Below, one piece after another: positions 1 through 12,223 of a stretch of DNA of 64,000 nucleotides; position 1 is the stretch's first letter; each line of letters begins with the position of its first letter. Source of the DNA: Collodictyon triciliatum (lineage: Eukaryota); contig JBHJMP010000834.1 of NCBI GenBank assembly GCA_043381765.1, forward strand, positions 1 to 64,000, in the 5' to 3' direction. The translations under genes were made by a program, and so were the position numbers. The notes below the pieces were generated by a model. That model worked only from the letters and a program-made list of their open reading frames with translations, searched no databases and was not told where the DNA came from.

Positions 1-899
1 CTGGGGAGCAAAAGTGGCCTTCGGTAGGTTCACTTGTCTTTGTGGCCTTAACAGTAATGTTTGGTTCAACAACCCAACCCTGGTATCCTTGCACCCATCT
101 TGCTCGGCACTTCCCCCCCCCCTCGTCTATGACACGTAACCTTAAAATGGAAACGCCGTCTCTTCTTTCCTTTGTTGAGCGAAGTGACGCCGTCTCTTCT
201 TTCCTTTGTTGAGCGAAGTGACTTTCCTGGATTGTAAATAATCGCGATTTCAATCCGAAGATGGCCGGTCTTACATAGGGACAACAACCTTAAGCTTGGG
301 GGGGCGCGGGCAACCTGGCTTGGGAGGAAGACGAAGGAAGCCGCTTCGCTCAAACACCTACGAAAGCTTGGTCATAGGGAACAGGTGGCCAGTTAGGAGT
401 AGTCCACAGTCGTTAGCAGGCCTCCGTCCAGGTGGCCTGTTAGAAATTGTCCACAGTTAGGCCTTTGGCCAGATCCTTACTTCCTTGCGCAGCCAGGCCC
501 CCTTGCCCAGCTATATCAACACGGTTAAAATGAACCCAAGAACGCGCTTCTGTTTTGGCTAGCGTCATCCCAATATCAAACAAAGGGCCAGCCAAAGGAG
601 TAAAGGCTGGGGACGCAGGATGGTAAAATGGGCGTAACGACTGCAGCAAAGCGTGTTTGCGTTGGGTCTATGTTATGATCTATCTGGACCACAAGCAAAA
701 AAAGGAGAGGGGAACGGTAGGGGGGGCTGAACGTCTGTTGGCAATCTTATTTTCCCCGCTTTCCCCCTCCTTAGTCTGGTTCATAAGGCACGCGGTCGTA
801 ACGACACGGAGGGGCGGCGGCTGCTCCGCCACTCCTCCTTGCTCTTCTTGTGGTGTCCAACCTCACCTGTTAGATTTTAACCGTCGCTTTGCTTGTACG

Positions 900-1135
900 G
901 CCAAAAAAGGACAAACTTATAATGGTACGATGAGACAGGGGTTCATAATGAACCACATTGTCTTTGAACGTGTATATTGTTTAAAAATTGGTGATCGATC
1001 GTTATAAGCATTTGACCGATTATTAATAATAGTGGCTAACGCCTTGAAGTAATAATCGGGTCGTTTCGACCCAGATAAGCCGTATGCGGATAATACTGCT
1101 TGTACGGTTTTTAGAGAATAACCTGCTATCTCAAT
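900..1135 (+). mobile_element. 3' fragment of trans-spliced group II intron of nad3 (small DIV, DV, DVI); upstream limit approximate
   Basis: 34-nt DV AAGCCGTATGCGGATAATACTGCTTGTACGGTTT at 1077-1110, hairpin GGGTCG-TTT-CGACCC at 1058-1072, DVI ending ...ATCTCAAT (AY). Confidence 0.85.
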
Positions 1136-1299
1136 TTCTTTTTATTATTTTTGATTTAGAAATCAGTTTTTTATTTCCTTGGGCTGTTAGTTTAAAATGG
1201 ATAACATGGCCTGGTTATCTTTCAATGTTTATATTTTTATTAATCTTAACAATAGGTTTTCTTTATGAGTGGAAAAAAGGAGCATTAGAATGGGAATAA
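1136..1299 (+). CDS. nad3: NADH dehydrogenase subunit 3, exon 2 (trans-spliced)
   Basis: (I)[17 protein letters not shown]...[10 protein letters not shown]; joins exon 1 (40935-41130) in phase 1 to give 119 aa. Confidence 0.95.
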
Positions 1300-1778
1300 G
1301 AAAACACGAAGAAGGTTTTACAGTCGTTTCGACCTTAGATCAATTAATAAATTGGGCTAAATCCGGATCACTATGGCCAATGACTTTTGGGTTGGCTTGT
1401 TGTGCAGTTGAAATGATGCACACAGCAAGTAGCAGATATGACCTGGACAGATTTGGTATAGTTTTTAGAGCTAGTCCAAGACAATCCGATGTTATGATAG
1501 TAGCTGGGACTTTAACTAATAAAATGGCTCCGGCTTTAAGAAAAGTTTATGACCAAATGTCTGAACCTAGATGGGTAATTTCAATGGGAAGTTGTGCTAA
1601 TGGAGGAGGATATTATCATTATTCTTATTCAGTAGTACGAGGTTGTGATAGAATTGTTCCAGTAGATATTTATGTCCCAGGTTGTCCACCAACAGCGGAA
1701 GCCTTATTATATGGTCTATTACAATTACAAAAAAAAATAAAACAAACAAAAACTACTACTATTTGGTATAGAAAATAA
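1290..1778 (+). CDS. nad10: NADH dehydrogenase subunit 10 (NuoB/PSST)
   Basis: [35 protein letters not shown] overlaps nad3 end by 10 nt. Confidence 0.97.
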   Translation: MGIRKHEEGFTVVSTLDQLINWAKSGSLWPMTFGLACCAVEMMHTASSRYDLDRFGIVFRASPRQSDVMIVAGTLTNKMAPALRKVYDQMSEPRWVISMGSCANGGGYYHYSYSVVRGCDRIVPVDIYVPGCPPTAEALLYGLLQLQKKIKQTKTTTIWYRK

Positions 1779-2052
1779 AATGCACTCGGGGGGGACGCTC
1801 ATTACCTTGCGTCCCCCCCCAAACGGCTGGGTACACTCTCTTCAAAGCAAGGTCGGTCCGTCGAAGGGATGGCTGGTTATAGTGACCTGTTCATAACGCA
1901 AGGTCATAACGCTTCGCTTGCCTCTTCACCCCTTTGGCGACTGATCTAAAGCCGGTCACGATGGAGGGAAGGGGGGAGGGTCCCAGAGCGAAGCGGGTCA
2001 CTCTCTTTAGCCCCTCGTCCCCCTGAACCACAGCATCGATTCAAAAAACCCT

Positions 2053-2553
2053 ATGTATATAAAAAATATCGAGGGCGAAGGAGCCTTAGAATATTTGATT
2101 TTCTATCTTCAAAAACATACATTATGTCAATTTAAATCATTAATTGATATTACTGGTGTAGATTATCCCGATCGAAAAGAACGATTTGAAGTTGTATATC
2201 TATTATTAAGTATTAGATTCGGCAAGAGGGCCGCTGTTAAAATTAAGGTAGATGAATTAACTTTTGTACCATCAATTTCTAAAATTTTTAATGCTGCTGG
2301 TTGGTATGAAAGAGAGGTTTATGATTTGTTCGGAATCATCTTCAAAGACAATAAAGATCTTCGTAGAATATTAACAGACTATGGTTTCCAAGGACATCCT
2401 TTAAGAAAAGATTTCCCTGTAACTGGATTTACTGAACTTCGATATGATGATGAAGTTAAACGAATTGTATCTGAACCATTAGAATTAACTCAAGAATATC
2501 GAACATTTGATTTTATTAGTCCATGGGATGCTCTACAAAAGCCTGGAGAATGA
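2053..2553 (+). CDS. nad9: NADH dehydrogenase subunit 9
   Basis: WYEREVYDLFGI, RRILTDYGFQGHPLRKDFP. Confidence 0.97.
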   Translation: MYIKNIEGEGALEYLIFYLQKHTLCQFKSLIDITGVDYPDRKERFEVVYLLLSIRFGKRAAVKIKVDELTFVPSISKIFNAAGWYEREVYDLFGIIFKDNKDLRRILTDYGFQGHPLRKDFPVTGFTELRYDDEVKRIVSEPLELTQEYRTFDFISPWDALQKPGE

Positions 2554-3115
2554 GCTTCCGGTGAGGGCCTTGTCTCACCCCGTTTTTATCGCTCCGCAAG
2601 CAAAGCGTGGCGCTACTAAATGCACGACGAGAGTGCAAGGTCCTGGAAAACTGGTCGTTAGCCCCGACTGCTTGTTTTCCAACTTACCCCCTTCACCGTC
2701 CGGCGTTCGTAGCAAGCTTCGCTTCCGGGGTGAGGAAAGCGGGGAAAATAAGATTGTCAACTGTCGTTCCGGCCCCCCTTTTTCTGCGTCTAGCGACCGT
2801 GCTTTATTTTTAGGGAGTCGGTATTGACCGTGGCGTACCGATATACCACGTCCGTCTAAATGCGTTGGGACGTTTCGGATGGAGGGGGGGCCCGCTTCGC
2901 TCTGCGCCCCTCCCCCGTAGAGGTCAAGCGAAGGTAAGGGACGGGCCTTTTACCCTCCTTTTTTTTTTCACGTTTTGAGGTATTTTTCCTTCTGCCTATA
3001 TTTATTATTGAAAAAGTCTAAAAAAAAACGTCGTAACGGGCGCGTGAACTGAGGAACCCGGTCGTGCGACCTTGCATTAACCCCGGGCCGGGCCCGCCCC
3101 CGCGGGCGGGTCAAC

Positions 3116-3619
3116 CTAATGGCTCTGCCTAATTGTTGCAGCGTTTAATAATGCGGCTGTTTGTTTATTTGTTGCTTTGGTTGTTACTATTACTATATCA
3201 ACAGATTTAAACGCTAAAAATGGTATGCCCCCCACTTCTGGATTAAATAAATCGGGTTTACATTGAATAGTCAATGAGCCTTCTCTCTGCTTAAATCCGC
3301 TTCCCACTGTCTGACCTAACAGATTTGGTAAAATGGCTATCACAAATCGATCTAAAAAATGGTATGCTGTATGTTTTCTTAATGTAACTTTGGCTCCTAA
3401 TATCTGATTTTTTCTAATTTTAAACCCAGCATTAGATTTATGAGCTCTAGTAATAATTCCTTTTTGACCTGAAATTAATTCTAATCCTAAATTTGGCTCA
3501 ATTGTACCGGTTGAATGTAAAACTACTTTACTGATCTTTGGAATTAAATTAACATTTTTAAAACGAAACCTTGAAATTAAACTTATTTTGACATTTTTCT
3601 CATAATGTTCTTTGAGCAT
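3116..3619 (-). CDS. rpl5: ribosomal protein L5
   Basis: IPKISKVVL, LELISGQK, GFKIRK..ILGAKVTLRK. Confidence 0.93.
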   Translation of the reverse strand: MLKEHYEKNVKISLISRFRFKNVNLIPKISKVVLHSTGTIEPNLGLELISGQKGIITRAHKSNAGFKIRKNQILGAKVTLRKHTAYHFLDRFVIAILPNLLGQTVGSGFKQREGSLTIQCKPDLFNPEVGGIPFLAFKSVDIVIVTTKATNKQTAALLNAATIRQSH

Positions 3620-3930
3620 ATGACTCCGGCCTCTTTTTTTTTGGTCTTTTTATACACCAATTGGCGAACAACTACCAATAGACAGTGGGTGGCCTGTTCG
3701 CTCATGTTATAAGCAGGGGTGAAAAGACGGTCGTTACGACACGGGCAAAGCCGCTTCGCTCCACAATGAAGTCGGTCGCTACGAAAGTAGAGCAACGCCG
3801 TCTCTTCTTTCCTCCTCTCCTGGCATCCCCGTAGAACGAAGTGAGTATATAATGTAGTTATTGCTTATCGGTCCAGCGAAGTGGGGGGTTGGCCTATCCA
3901 TGACCACCCGTCGTTAGCTCAGACTGTTTA

Positions 3931-4002
3931 TGGGCTTAGATAGATTTGAACTATCGACTTAACGCTTATCAAGCGTTTACTCTACCGCTGAGTTATAAGC
4001 CC
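3931..4002 (-). tRNA. trnI: tRNA-Ile(GAU)
   Basis: cloverleaf, anticodon arm ACGCT-TGATA-AGCGT. Confidence 0.95.
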
Positions 4003-4127
4003 GCGCTTATAAAATCAATATTATATACTCCACCTCAAAGTTGGTCAATCCATGGCGTCGTTAGCAGCTTGAAGTGGCAGTCGCTAGCCCGCTTGGTCGT
4101 TCATCAAGGTAGATAAGCACTCCCTAT

Positions 4128-4199
4128 TGGGGCATAGCCAAGTGGCAAGGCTTCGGTTTTTGATATCGAGATTCGTAGGTTCGAATCCTGCTGCCCCAA
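4128..4199 (+). tRNA. trnQ: tRNA-Gln(UUG)
   Basis: TGGGGCATAGCCAAGTGG..., anticodon TTG, GGTTCGAATCC. Confidence 0.95.
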
Positions 4200-4274
4200 G
4201 GCGTTCTCGGGCTGGTTTACCAACAAGGTCCGCCGCTACGTACCTCCTTATGTAGCGGGCAGAATCGTCAAGCG

Positions 4275-4346
4275 GTCCCTTTCGTCTAAAGGTTAGGACA
4301 TCACTCTTTCACGGTGAAAATATGAGTTCGATTCTCATAAGGGATA
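4275..4346 (+). tRNA. trnE: tRNA-Glu(UUC)
   Basis: GTCCCTTTCGTCTA..., anticodon TTC. Confidence 0.95.
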
Positions 4347-4699
4347 AACGCTGGGAAGGCTGTAATACTAATGAAATAGAACCTTCATCAGCTTAACTCC
4401 GAATTAAATAGTATAATAAGAAGTAATAAAAAAAATTAAGACGAGGTCAGAAAGAGGATGAGTAAAGCGTAACGTTCCTCCCGTAGAGCAAAACGAGTCC
4501 TTATGAACCCCTTTGTCTTGCTTCCCCCTTCGTTACGGGAGGGAAGGGAGAGCAAGCGTTCCTTTTATAAACTGGGCGGGAGGCCTGTTCACCCTTATGA
4601 CCTTGAACAAAGTCGTTTCACTCTGGCGTTAGGTCGACCAAAAAGCAGTAAAAAGAGCAGAATCGTCGTGTCCTTACTGAATATGTCTTATAATCGTAG

Positions 4700-7540
4700 T
4701 GATAAATTAGCATTTAATGGATGTCTAGATCTTTATTCATAGAGGACGGTTAAAATCCGAAAATCATGGGGAGGCAAAAATCCTTTGATCCATGAGTCTC
4801 CTCGAAGTAAAAACTGAATCAATAAGCGTAACCTAGGGAACTGAAACATCTAAGTACCTAGAGGAAAATAAATCAACCGAGATTCCAGTAATAGTGGCGA
4901 GCGAACCTGGAATAGCCCAAAAATAACGTCATACTGGAAGCAGCCCAATAGAACGGACTGGAAAGTCCGACCAAAGAAGGTGATAGTCCTGTAAATCTGG
5001 GTACCCCAGTAAAATCGTTACGGGTTCCTTGTGAACCCCCTTGAGTAGAATAAACCACGTGAAAGTTTGTTCGAAGATTAAGGGACCACCCTTAAAGGCT
5101 AATAATGAATAAAGGATCGATAGTGAACAAGTACTGTGAAGGAAAGGTGAAAAGAAGGGTATTTACCCAGTGAAAAGAACCTGAAATTGAATGCTATTAA
5201 GCAGTCGAAGGGGGTTTACCCTACCGACGTACCTTTTGCATAATGGGTCAGCAACTTCTTAAATATAGCAAGTCTAACTGGGCGAGAGTTCGAGCTCTCC
5301 CGAATAGGAAGGCATAAAAACATGATTTAAAAGCAATATTTTTGAGACCCGAAACCAAGTGATCTAATCATGAACAGGTTGATTGTCTGGTAAAACAGGC
5401 CGGAGGACCGAACCCGTCTATGTTGCAAAATAGTGGGATGATTTGTGATTAGGGGCGAAAGACCAATCAAACTTGGAGATAGCTGGTTATCCGCGAAATC
5501 TATCTCGGTAGAGCCTAAAATAAACGTTTTTAGGGGTAAAGCACTGATTGAATCTTAGGGGGCTAAAGGCCTTTTAAATTCATTCAAACTCTGAATACTA
5601 AGAACCAATCTTTTAGAGTCAGACAGTGAGCGATAAGGTCCATTGTCAAGAGGGAAACAGCCCAGATCGATAACTAAGGATCCAAAAATAATCTAAGTGG
5701 AAAAGGGAGTTTTTTAATGTAGACAGCTAGGAGGTGGGCTTGGAAGCAGCCATCCATTAAAGAAAGCGTAATAGCTCACTAGCCAAAATTAAAAAGCACC
5801 GAAAATATAGAGGAACTAAGATTTATTCCGAAGTTACGAATTGGTTCATGATGAACCTGTGGTAGCGGAACATTCAAATTCAATGAAGGATTGGGTTGTC
5901 CTAATCTGGAGATCTTTGAAGAGAGAATGCTGACATGAGTAACATAAACAGCGTGAAAAACGTTGTCACCGAAAGTTAAAGGGTTTCGATTATAGGATAA
6001 TCCGAATCGAGTAAGTCGGCCCCTAAGTAATCAAAAATAATGGGAAATCGATGCAGAGATTAACCGATAATCCCTATAAGGTGGGTGGTTTATCTTCCCC
6101 CTTCGTTAATCTCGCAGGGGCTCAAGGCCCGGACAAAGAGCAAGGTCCTAGTGACCGCCCTTTCCGCGTTGTTACAAGCCCCCATTTGACCTTTTATAGT
6201 GACTAAAAAGCTTAAGTAAACGGGCAAGGTGTATTTTGGTAAGGTGCTCCTTAACGGCTTTTTACAGGAAAAAACTTAAAAGGAAAAGACCGTACTCTAA
6301 ACCGACTCGGGTTAATGGGTAGAATATACTAAGGTGATTGAGACAACTGATGTAAAGGAACTCGGCAAATTTACCCTGTAACTTCGGGAGAAAGGGTGCG
6401 ACTGGTCAAGCTGGTCGTGGCACAGAAATGGGGGTACCGACTGTTTACTAAAAACACAGGTCTTTGCTAAGAAGAATTTTCGAAGTATAAGGACTGACGT
6501 CTGCCCGGTCTCAGAAGGTCAAATAGATTAGTGAAAGCTAAGAAATTAAGCCCTGAGAAACGGCGGCCATAACCATAATGGTCCTAAGGTAGCGTAATCC
6601 CTTGTCACCTAATTAGTGACCCGATTGAATGACGTCACGAGTGCCCCACTGTCTCTACATCAGACTCAGTGAAATTGAATTTGCCGTGCAGATGCGGTAT
6701 AAAAAGTGATAAGACGGAAAGACCCTATGCACCTTTACTATAACTTAAGATTGAAAAAAAATCCAAAATGAGTAGGCTAGATGGTAGTTTATGAGATCAG
6801 GGCTTCGGCCCTTTATTGAAACTTAAGGTGAAAGACCATCCTTTTAGGATTTTTTTTCTCACTGGAAGGAAATGACGCCCAGGAAAATCTTTGGTGGGTA
6901 GTTTGTTTGGGGCGAATTGCTCCCAAAAGGTAACGGAGCAGTACAAAGGTAAACTCAAAATGGATGGAAACCATTTGTAGAGCGCAATGGTATATGTTTA
7001 CTTGACTGTAAGACTTACCAGTCGAACAGAGATGGGGTACCCCGTCGGTCATAGTGATCCGATAATTCTTTGTGGAAAGGTTATCGCTTATCGGATAAAA
7101 GGTACGCTAGGGATAACAGGCTAATGATCATCTAGAGTCCATATCGCCGTGATCGTTTGGCACCTCGATGTTGGCTCATCGCATCCTGAGGGTGCAGAAG
7201 CTCTCAAGGGTTTGGCTGTTCGCCAATTAAAGCGGTACGTGAGCTGAGTTTAAAACGTCGTGAGACAGTTTGGTCCCTATCTATCACTTACAGAGAATTG
7301 AGAGGCCCTAATTCTTGTACGAAAGGACCGAAAAGGTGAAACCAATGGTGTTCCAGTTGTTCAACCTAGAGCAGCGCTGGGTAGCTACGTTTCAATAAGA
7401 TAACCACTGAAAATATCTAAGTGGGAATCAGCCCTCAAGAGAGATTCTCATAGAGTTGTGGAAGATCACCACGTTGATAGGCTAGGTGTTTAAGCATGGT
7501 AATATGTTAAGCTAACTAGTACTAATCTTACTCATTTCAC
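4700..7540 (+). rRNA. rnl: large subunit rRNA (ends approximate)
   Basis: GAACTGAAACATCTAAGTA, GGTCCTAAGGTAGCG, GGCACCTCGATGT, sarcin-ricin loop GTACGAAAGGAC; no intron evident. Confidence 0.97.
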
Positions 7541-7678
7541 TACAGCATTTTGTCATATTCAGTAACGAGGGTCCGGCCTGTTCATAAAAGCGTTGGGGTT
7601 CGGGGAGTAGGCCTTTGGCCCGCATGTTATAAGCGCCCCTTCTCTTTGCCCGATCCTTTTTGACCCATTGCTTCAACA

Positions 7679-7705
7679 CTAGCTAGCTAGCTAGCTAGCT
7701 AGCTA
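7679..7705. repeat. (AGCT)n microsatellite
   Basis: ctagctagctagctagctagctagcta. Confidence 0.9.
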
Positions 7706-7812
7706 AGGTCCTTGCCGCGAACAGGCCACAAGGTAACCGCTTCGCTTAGCCGGTCGCTACGACCAAGAGAGAGACCTCAGCCCTTATCGTTCGCGGGGAG
7801 TACTCCCCTTCA

Positions 7813-7938
7813 TACCCGAAGGGTACCGTATATGTTTAGATAAACACGATCCCATTCCGAACTCGATTAGTCAATGTCTAAATATTAAACTTTTACTGCC
7901 AGAAGGTGGAAAAAAGTTGATCCGGTACCCTTCGGGTA
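7813..7938 (+). rRNA. rrn5: 5S rRNA
   Basis: loop C motif GATCCCATTCCGAACTCG; helix I TACCCGAAGGGTACCG / CGGTACCCTTCGGGTA; downstream of rnl. Confidence 0.9.
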
Positions 7939-8295
7939 CCCGTATTCCCACCCCCCCCTTAATGCAAGGACGCACGACCGGGTTCAAGAGGGAGCAAGGT
8001 CGAACGACCGTCATTCACCCGTTTAGCAGACATTAGCAGTTGACGGGAGTATCGTTACGGAGCGAAGAGGTCGCTTCGCTCGATCCCCTCCCCCCCTTCT
8101 CGCTTTGCTCCTGCGTGTTGATGCGAAGGGAAGCGGAGAAAGCGAAGCAGTTTGGTGGGAAAAGGAGGCTTTTCCCTTCCCTTCCCTTCCCTTCGGCTGA
8201 GCGAAGCTGGTCATACGGCGAAGGCTCTTGTATATGACCTGGCGAAGTGCAAGGTCACACGCTGGAACACTTGAACCTAAAGCGCGTTTTCCGAT

Positions 8296-8367
8296 TCTCC
8301 AGTAGCTCATTGGTAGAGCATATAGCTGTTAACTATATGGTAATTGGTTCGATTCCAATCTGGAGAG
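8296..8367 (+). tRNA. trnN: tRNA-Asn(GUU)
   Basis: cloverleaf, anticodon GTT. Confidence 0.95.
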
Positions 8368-8731
8368 CAGCGAAACGGAGGGAACCGATAACCATAATCA
8401 CTTGTGGAGGCTGGGCGGAGGAGAGAAGCGACGGTGTCACACGGGATCTTGCATCGTAACGACAGCTTCACCCTCAGGCTTCGCCGTACATCTTGCAGCG
8501 GTGCCGATTGACTGAATCGCAGCAACTGGAAATAAAATTTCCGGTTGGGCTGCCCGCAAAGAGTGGGTCCCCGTTACGCCCAAGGCTTAGGGGTCTAGCA
8601 CTGTATAACGTTTCGGGGCGAAGTGACGCTTCGCTTCTAAGGCTTCGGCCGGAGGCCTATCTTTGCCCGGAAGGAACGCTTGAACGCTAATCAACCCCCT
8701 ACGGCCCTTATTTTTTAGTGTTGTTATAATA

Positions 8732-9120
8732 ATGATCATTAAATGTGATGCCGCTCAATCTTGGCAACTTTTATTTCAAGATTCAGCAACCCCAATAATG
8801 GAAGGAATAGTAGATTTACATAATAATATTATGTGGATTCTTATTGTAATTTTAACTTTTATTCTTTATATGTTAATAGTCATAATTAACGGTTTTGGGC
8901 ATAACTCCCTACATCCGTTAAAAAAAATAGTTGCATTAGATCCAGCAGCTGAAGCTGCTCATTCTCATGGAGCAACTATTGAAATTATTTGGACTATTAT
9001 TCCTAGCTTAATATTAGCTTGGATTGCTATTCCTTCATTTGCTTTACTTTATGGTATGGATGAAACGATTGACCCTTCAATTACAGTAAAAGCAATTGGA
9101 CGTCAATGGTATTGGAGCTA
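8732..9120 (+). CDS. cox2: cytochrome c oxidase subunit 2, exon 1 (trans-spliced)
   Basis: [12 protein letters not shown]...IEIIWTIIP...[12 protein letters not shown] followed by GTGTG. Confidence 0.96.
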
Positions 9121-11780
9121 GTGTGTATTTGTATTGTTTTGAAATAAGGATCCCCTCCCCTCCTTCTCGCTTTGCTCTACGGGTCCCCTTAAGGTCATAG
9201 GGGGCTGGGCAGCAAGCTGAAGAGGAAACAAAGCAGAAGCAAAGAAGAATGTTGCTTCGCTCAGGGCAGCCCCTTGATTCATAAATTTGTTTGGGCGAAA
9301 GCCTATCTGATTTTAACTTTGAATCGGGTTCGTCACAGAGAAAGAATGATTTGCTCATCATGGTTAAAGATTGATTTGATTATTATATAAAAATGGATCA
9401 AATCTTTAAAATCGGGGGGGCTGCAGCGGCCCATCCCCCCTCATCTTCAAGGATTAAAGACTTGGTAGAAAGGCAGAGCCGTATCATTTCTACTATTATG
9501 ATTCGGGAGCAAGTGCAGGCGTTCCAGCGTGTGACCTCCTAAGCAACTGTTAAGGGATCAGTCCCGGAAGGCGTCCACATCCTACTCCCATTATTATAGC
9601 TCTTAATAAAAAAAATAACAACCTATAATGAGCGTACCCTTTAACATTTCAAAACAAACTTTTTTTGCCGGCTTATTTATGAATGCCGGAAGAATAAATT
9701 ATAAGAGTGGTCCGATACAGCTAAAGGCCTTTGGCCGGTGCAAGAAAGGCAAAGCCGAATACATGACAGCCTGTCCTTGATTGTTGCTTAAAAAAAGGTG
9801 GGCGGATTCTGCGTTCCCTCGGGCCGGTCATTTCGACCTTGCCTGCTAAAGAGAGGGACAGAAACGGGTTCACAATGAACCACTTGCCCACTTCGCTCGC
9901 CCCCTTCCAAAAAAGCGCAGCATCGGTTAAAGATCATCATCGCCCTCCATAAAATTTATAGACCCTTTAATGTAATAAGCAACAAGATCGGGGTCCCATG
10001 TCAACGGTCGTTCGGAAGGGGTGACAAGGTTTGTTCCCCGCCCTTTGCTTAGGCGAAGTGCAAGCGTTCCAGCGTGTGACCGCCTATTGAACGGGGACCG
10101 TCAAACAACTCTCCGGCCCTCACGCGAGTCACTACGACCGCATCAGACAACTGCCCTCTGTCGACGGGGCTGAGCGAAGCGGGTCATCCATAAAAAGACT
10201 GTTTATATGCTACTTAAATATTTTAGCGATTTACAATTTTTAAAAGAAATTCATTATAAAATAAATCCTCATTATGGTGTTGTTGATGATTTATATTTAA
10301 TCAAATTAAAAGATTCAATACTAAAGGGAAGCCTTATAGTAGGAAAACCTTTTAAATCAGGGTCAAAGGTGGTGACTGAGCAAGGACGGGCGCGTAGCGC
10401 CGCTTGCCGCGTCCCTTCATTTTATTATTCTGGTCATCCTTATGATAGAATAATTTTAGAAACAATTAGGCTGATTTTAGAAAGGGACAACATCCTACAG
10501 TCCTGGGAAGCGAAGCGCAATAATTGGTCTATTATTCAAGAAATAAAACGGCGGATCGGCTCTATGGAGGAACGTCCCGCAATCTCCATCATTTGCGCTT
10601 ATGGTGTTGTCGACCGCTCCGCTTACCAGGATTACTCTTACAATGAAGGGCATTTTAAGAAAATTGATTTTAGGACGATTTTGCAAGATTATGTTAAAAG
10701 CCCATTTGATTTATATATTTTACAAAAGTGTATATTTGCATCAATAGATGCAGGTTATTGCCGGTTCAATCGTACGGGAACAACCATAGAAGGTCATATT
10801 TTATCAGAGACCTTATGTAATCTTTATTTTAAATCGTTTGTAGATGAGGCAAAACCGGGAATTCAAATTTTCAGATATTTAGATTATTGGATTGCAATAA
10901 CGAGTGACAATAATCACCTTTTTGGGACAGGTTTGCACCTTTTCCCATCCCTTCGCTTCGCTCGGTCCTCACTTCGTTACTCGCCTTGTAGGGGGGGAAC
11001 CGGTCGTTACGAATGGGTAAAACGCGCTTCGCTTCCGGATGGGCGTACGCCAAAACGCGCTTCGGCCGGAGGCCAGTCTGAGCTAACGGTTGCAGCGACC
11101 AAGAGAGAGAACGGCACCTCATTAATTGACCATTTTGGGAGGGGCAACAGTTTAATGCCCTCGCTTCGCTCGCTTTTATATTTAAAGCGTTTAATAATAA
11201 AATTCGGGCTCCGCCCTTATCCAGCACTAAAAAGCATAGAAGCAAATAAAACGGGGAAGAGTGAAACCTTGCTTTATTTTGGGGTTTATTGGACTTTCTG
11301 TTATGGTTCCCTATTTATTTCTATTCCAATAAAACCATTAATTGCTTATCTGAGCCGATTAGGTTTTTGTGATAGACAGGGACGACCGGCCCATAATGGT
11401 AAATGGGTTCATTTAGAGGTACCAGAAATAATAATTAAATATAATAGGTATCTTAACACAATTTTAGATTATTATTTAAGTCTAATCACATCAATAGATA
11501 AAAAGGATTTAAATACCATTCAGCACCTTTTTTTATATTCTTTGGCCAAGACTTTGGCGGTGAAATTTAAAACAACGATCGCTAAACTTTTTGGAAAATA
11601 TGGTAAAAATCTAGACCTCCTTCGGGGGTCAGAACGTTCGACAACCGCTACTCCAGTCCCCTTTAAATACAGCAACGACAGCCGATTTTTATATCGATCT
11701 TGTTATTTTAGGGTTAGAGAGCCAAATGTAAAGAAATTTGCATGTTTGGTTCGGGAAGAAAATATTCTTAGCAAGCGTAG
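9121..11780 (+). mobile_element. 5' fragment of cox2 group II intron: DI-DV plus 5' strand of DVI, maturase ORF in DIV
   Basis: starts GTGTG; DI basal stem TTGTTTTGAAAT / ATTTCAAAACAA; DV GAGCCAAATGTAAAGAAATTTGCATGTTTGGTTC at 11719-11752. Confidence 0.9.
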
Positions 11781-11808
11781 GGTATCACCCCGTCTATTTT
11801 GTTATTAA
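10207..11808 (+). CDS. degenerate group II intron maturase (RT remnant plus domain X, MatR-like)
   Basis: GHILSETLCNLYF, IFRYLDYWI (YADD degenerate), domain X LGFCD..GRP...EIIIKYN..IL.YY...YSLAKTLAVKFK...KYGK. Confidence 0.88.
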   Translation: MLLKYFSDLQFLKEIHYKINPHYGVVDDLYLIKLKDSILKGSLIVGKPFKSGSKVVTEQGRARSAACRVPSFYYSGHPYDRIILETIRLILERDNILQSWEAKRNNWSIIQEIKRRIGSMEERPAISIICAYGVVDRSAYQDYSYNEGHFKKIDFRTILQDYVKSPFDLYILQKCIFASIDAGYCRFNRTGTTIEGHILSETLCNLYFKSFVDEAKPGIQIFRYLDYWIAITSDNNHLFGTGLHLFPSLRFARSSLRYSPCRGGTGRYEWVKRASLPDGRTPKRASAGGQSELTVAATKRENGTSLIDHFGRGNSLMPSLRSLLYLKRLIIKFGLRPYPALKSIEANKTGKSETLLYFGVYWTFCYGSLFISIPIKPLIAYLSRLGFCDRQGRPAHNGKWVHLEVPEIIIKYNRYLNTILDYYLSLITSIDKKDLNTIQHLFLYSLAKTLAVKFKTTIAKLFGKYGKNLDLLRGSERSTTATPVPFKYSNDSRFLYRSCYFRVREPNVKKFACLVREENILSKRRVSPRLFCY

Positions 11809-11974
11809 GGAGGGCTGGGAAGCGAAGCGCAATTCCCGCCTTGATCATCGCAGCAACGGTCTTATCACTCCACACATCCCTGAAAACGACGTTTGATCCG
11901 GTCGCTAGATCCTTACAAGCCGGTCGCTACGACCTTGCTTTCGGGGGGGCGACCGGTTCAGCGGGGGGGCCAAA

Positions 11975-12048
11975 ACGCTTGTAGCTCAATTGGATAGAGT
12001 ATCAGATTTCGAATTTGAAGGTTGCGGGTTCGATTCCCTCCAAGCGTA
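11975..12048 (+). tRNA. trnR: tRNA-Arg(UCG)
   Basis: cloverleaf, anticodon TCG. Confidence 0.93.
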
Positions 12049-12223
12049 TAATGTCGGCCGTTACACGCCCCCCCCCGATCGTTGACGCGGGTGAAGCAAT
12101 AGCTTCAACAATAATGAACAGGGAAGGAAGGTGAGGTCCGTCCCCCCCATCGAAGGGGGGGCCGTAGGCCCGATACGAATGAAATGGGTGCCGCCGTCGT
12201 TACGGTCGTTCGACCTTGGTTTT

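Noticed and set aside
1780-2052. Upstream in-frame ATG extending nad9
   Set aside because: An in-frame TAA occurs after 38 codons.
4873-7052. ORFs at 4873-5058 and 6813-7052
   Set aside because: Antisense to rnl; spurious.
8372-8700. Possible structured RNA between trnN and cox2
   Set aside because: No ssrA or other diagnostic motif; dominated by the repeat vocabulary.
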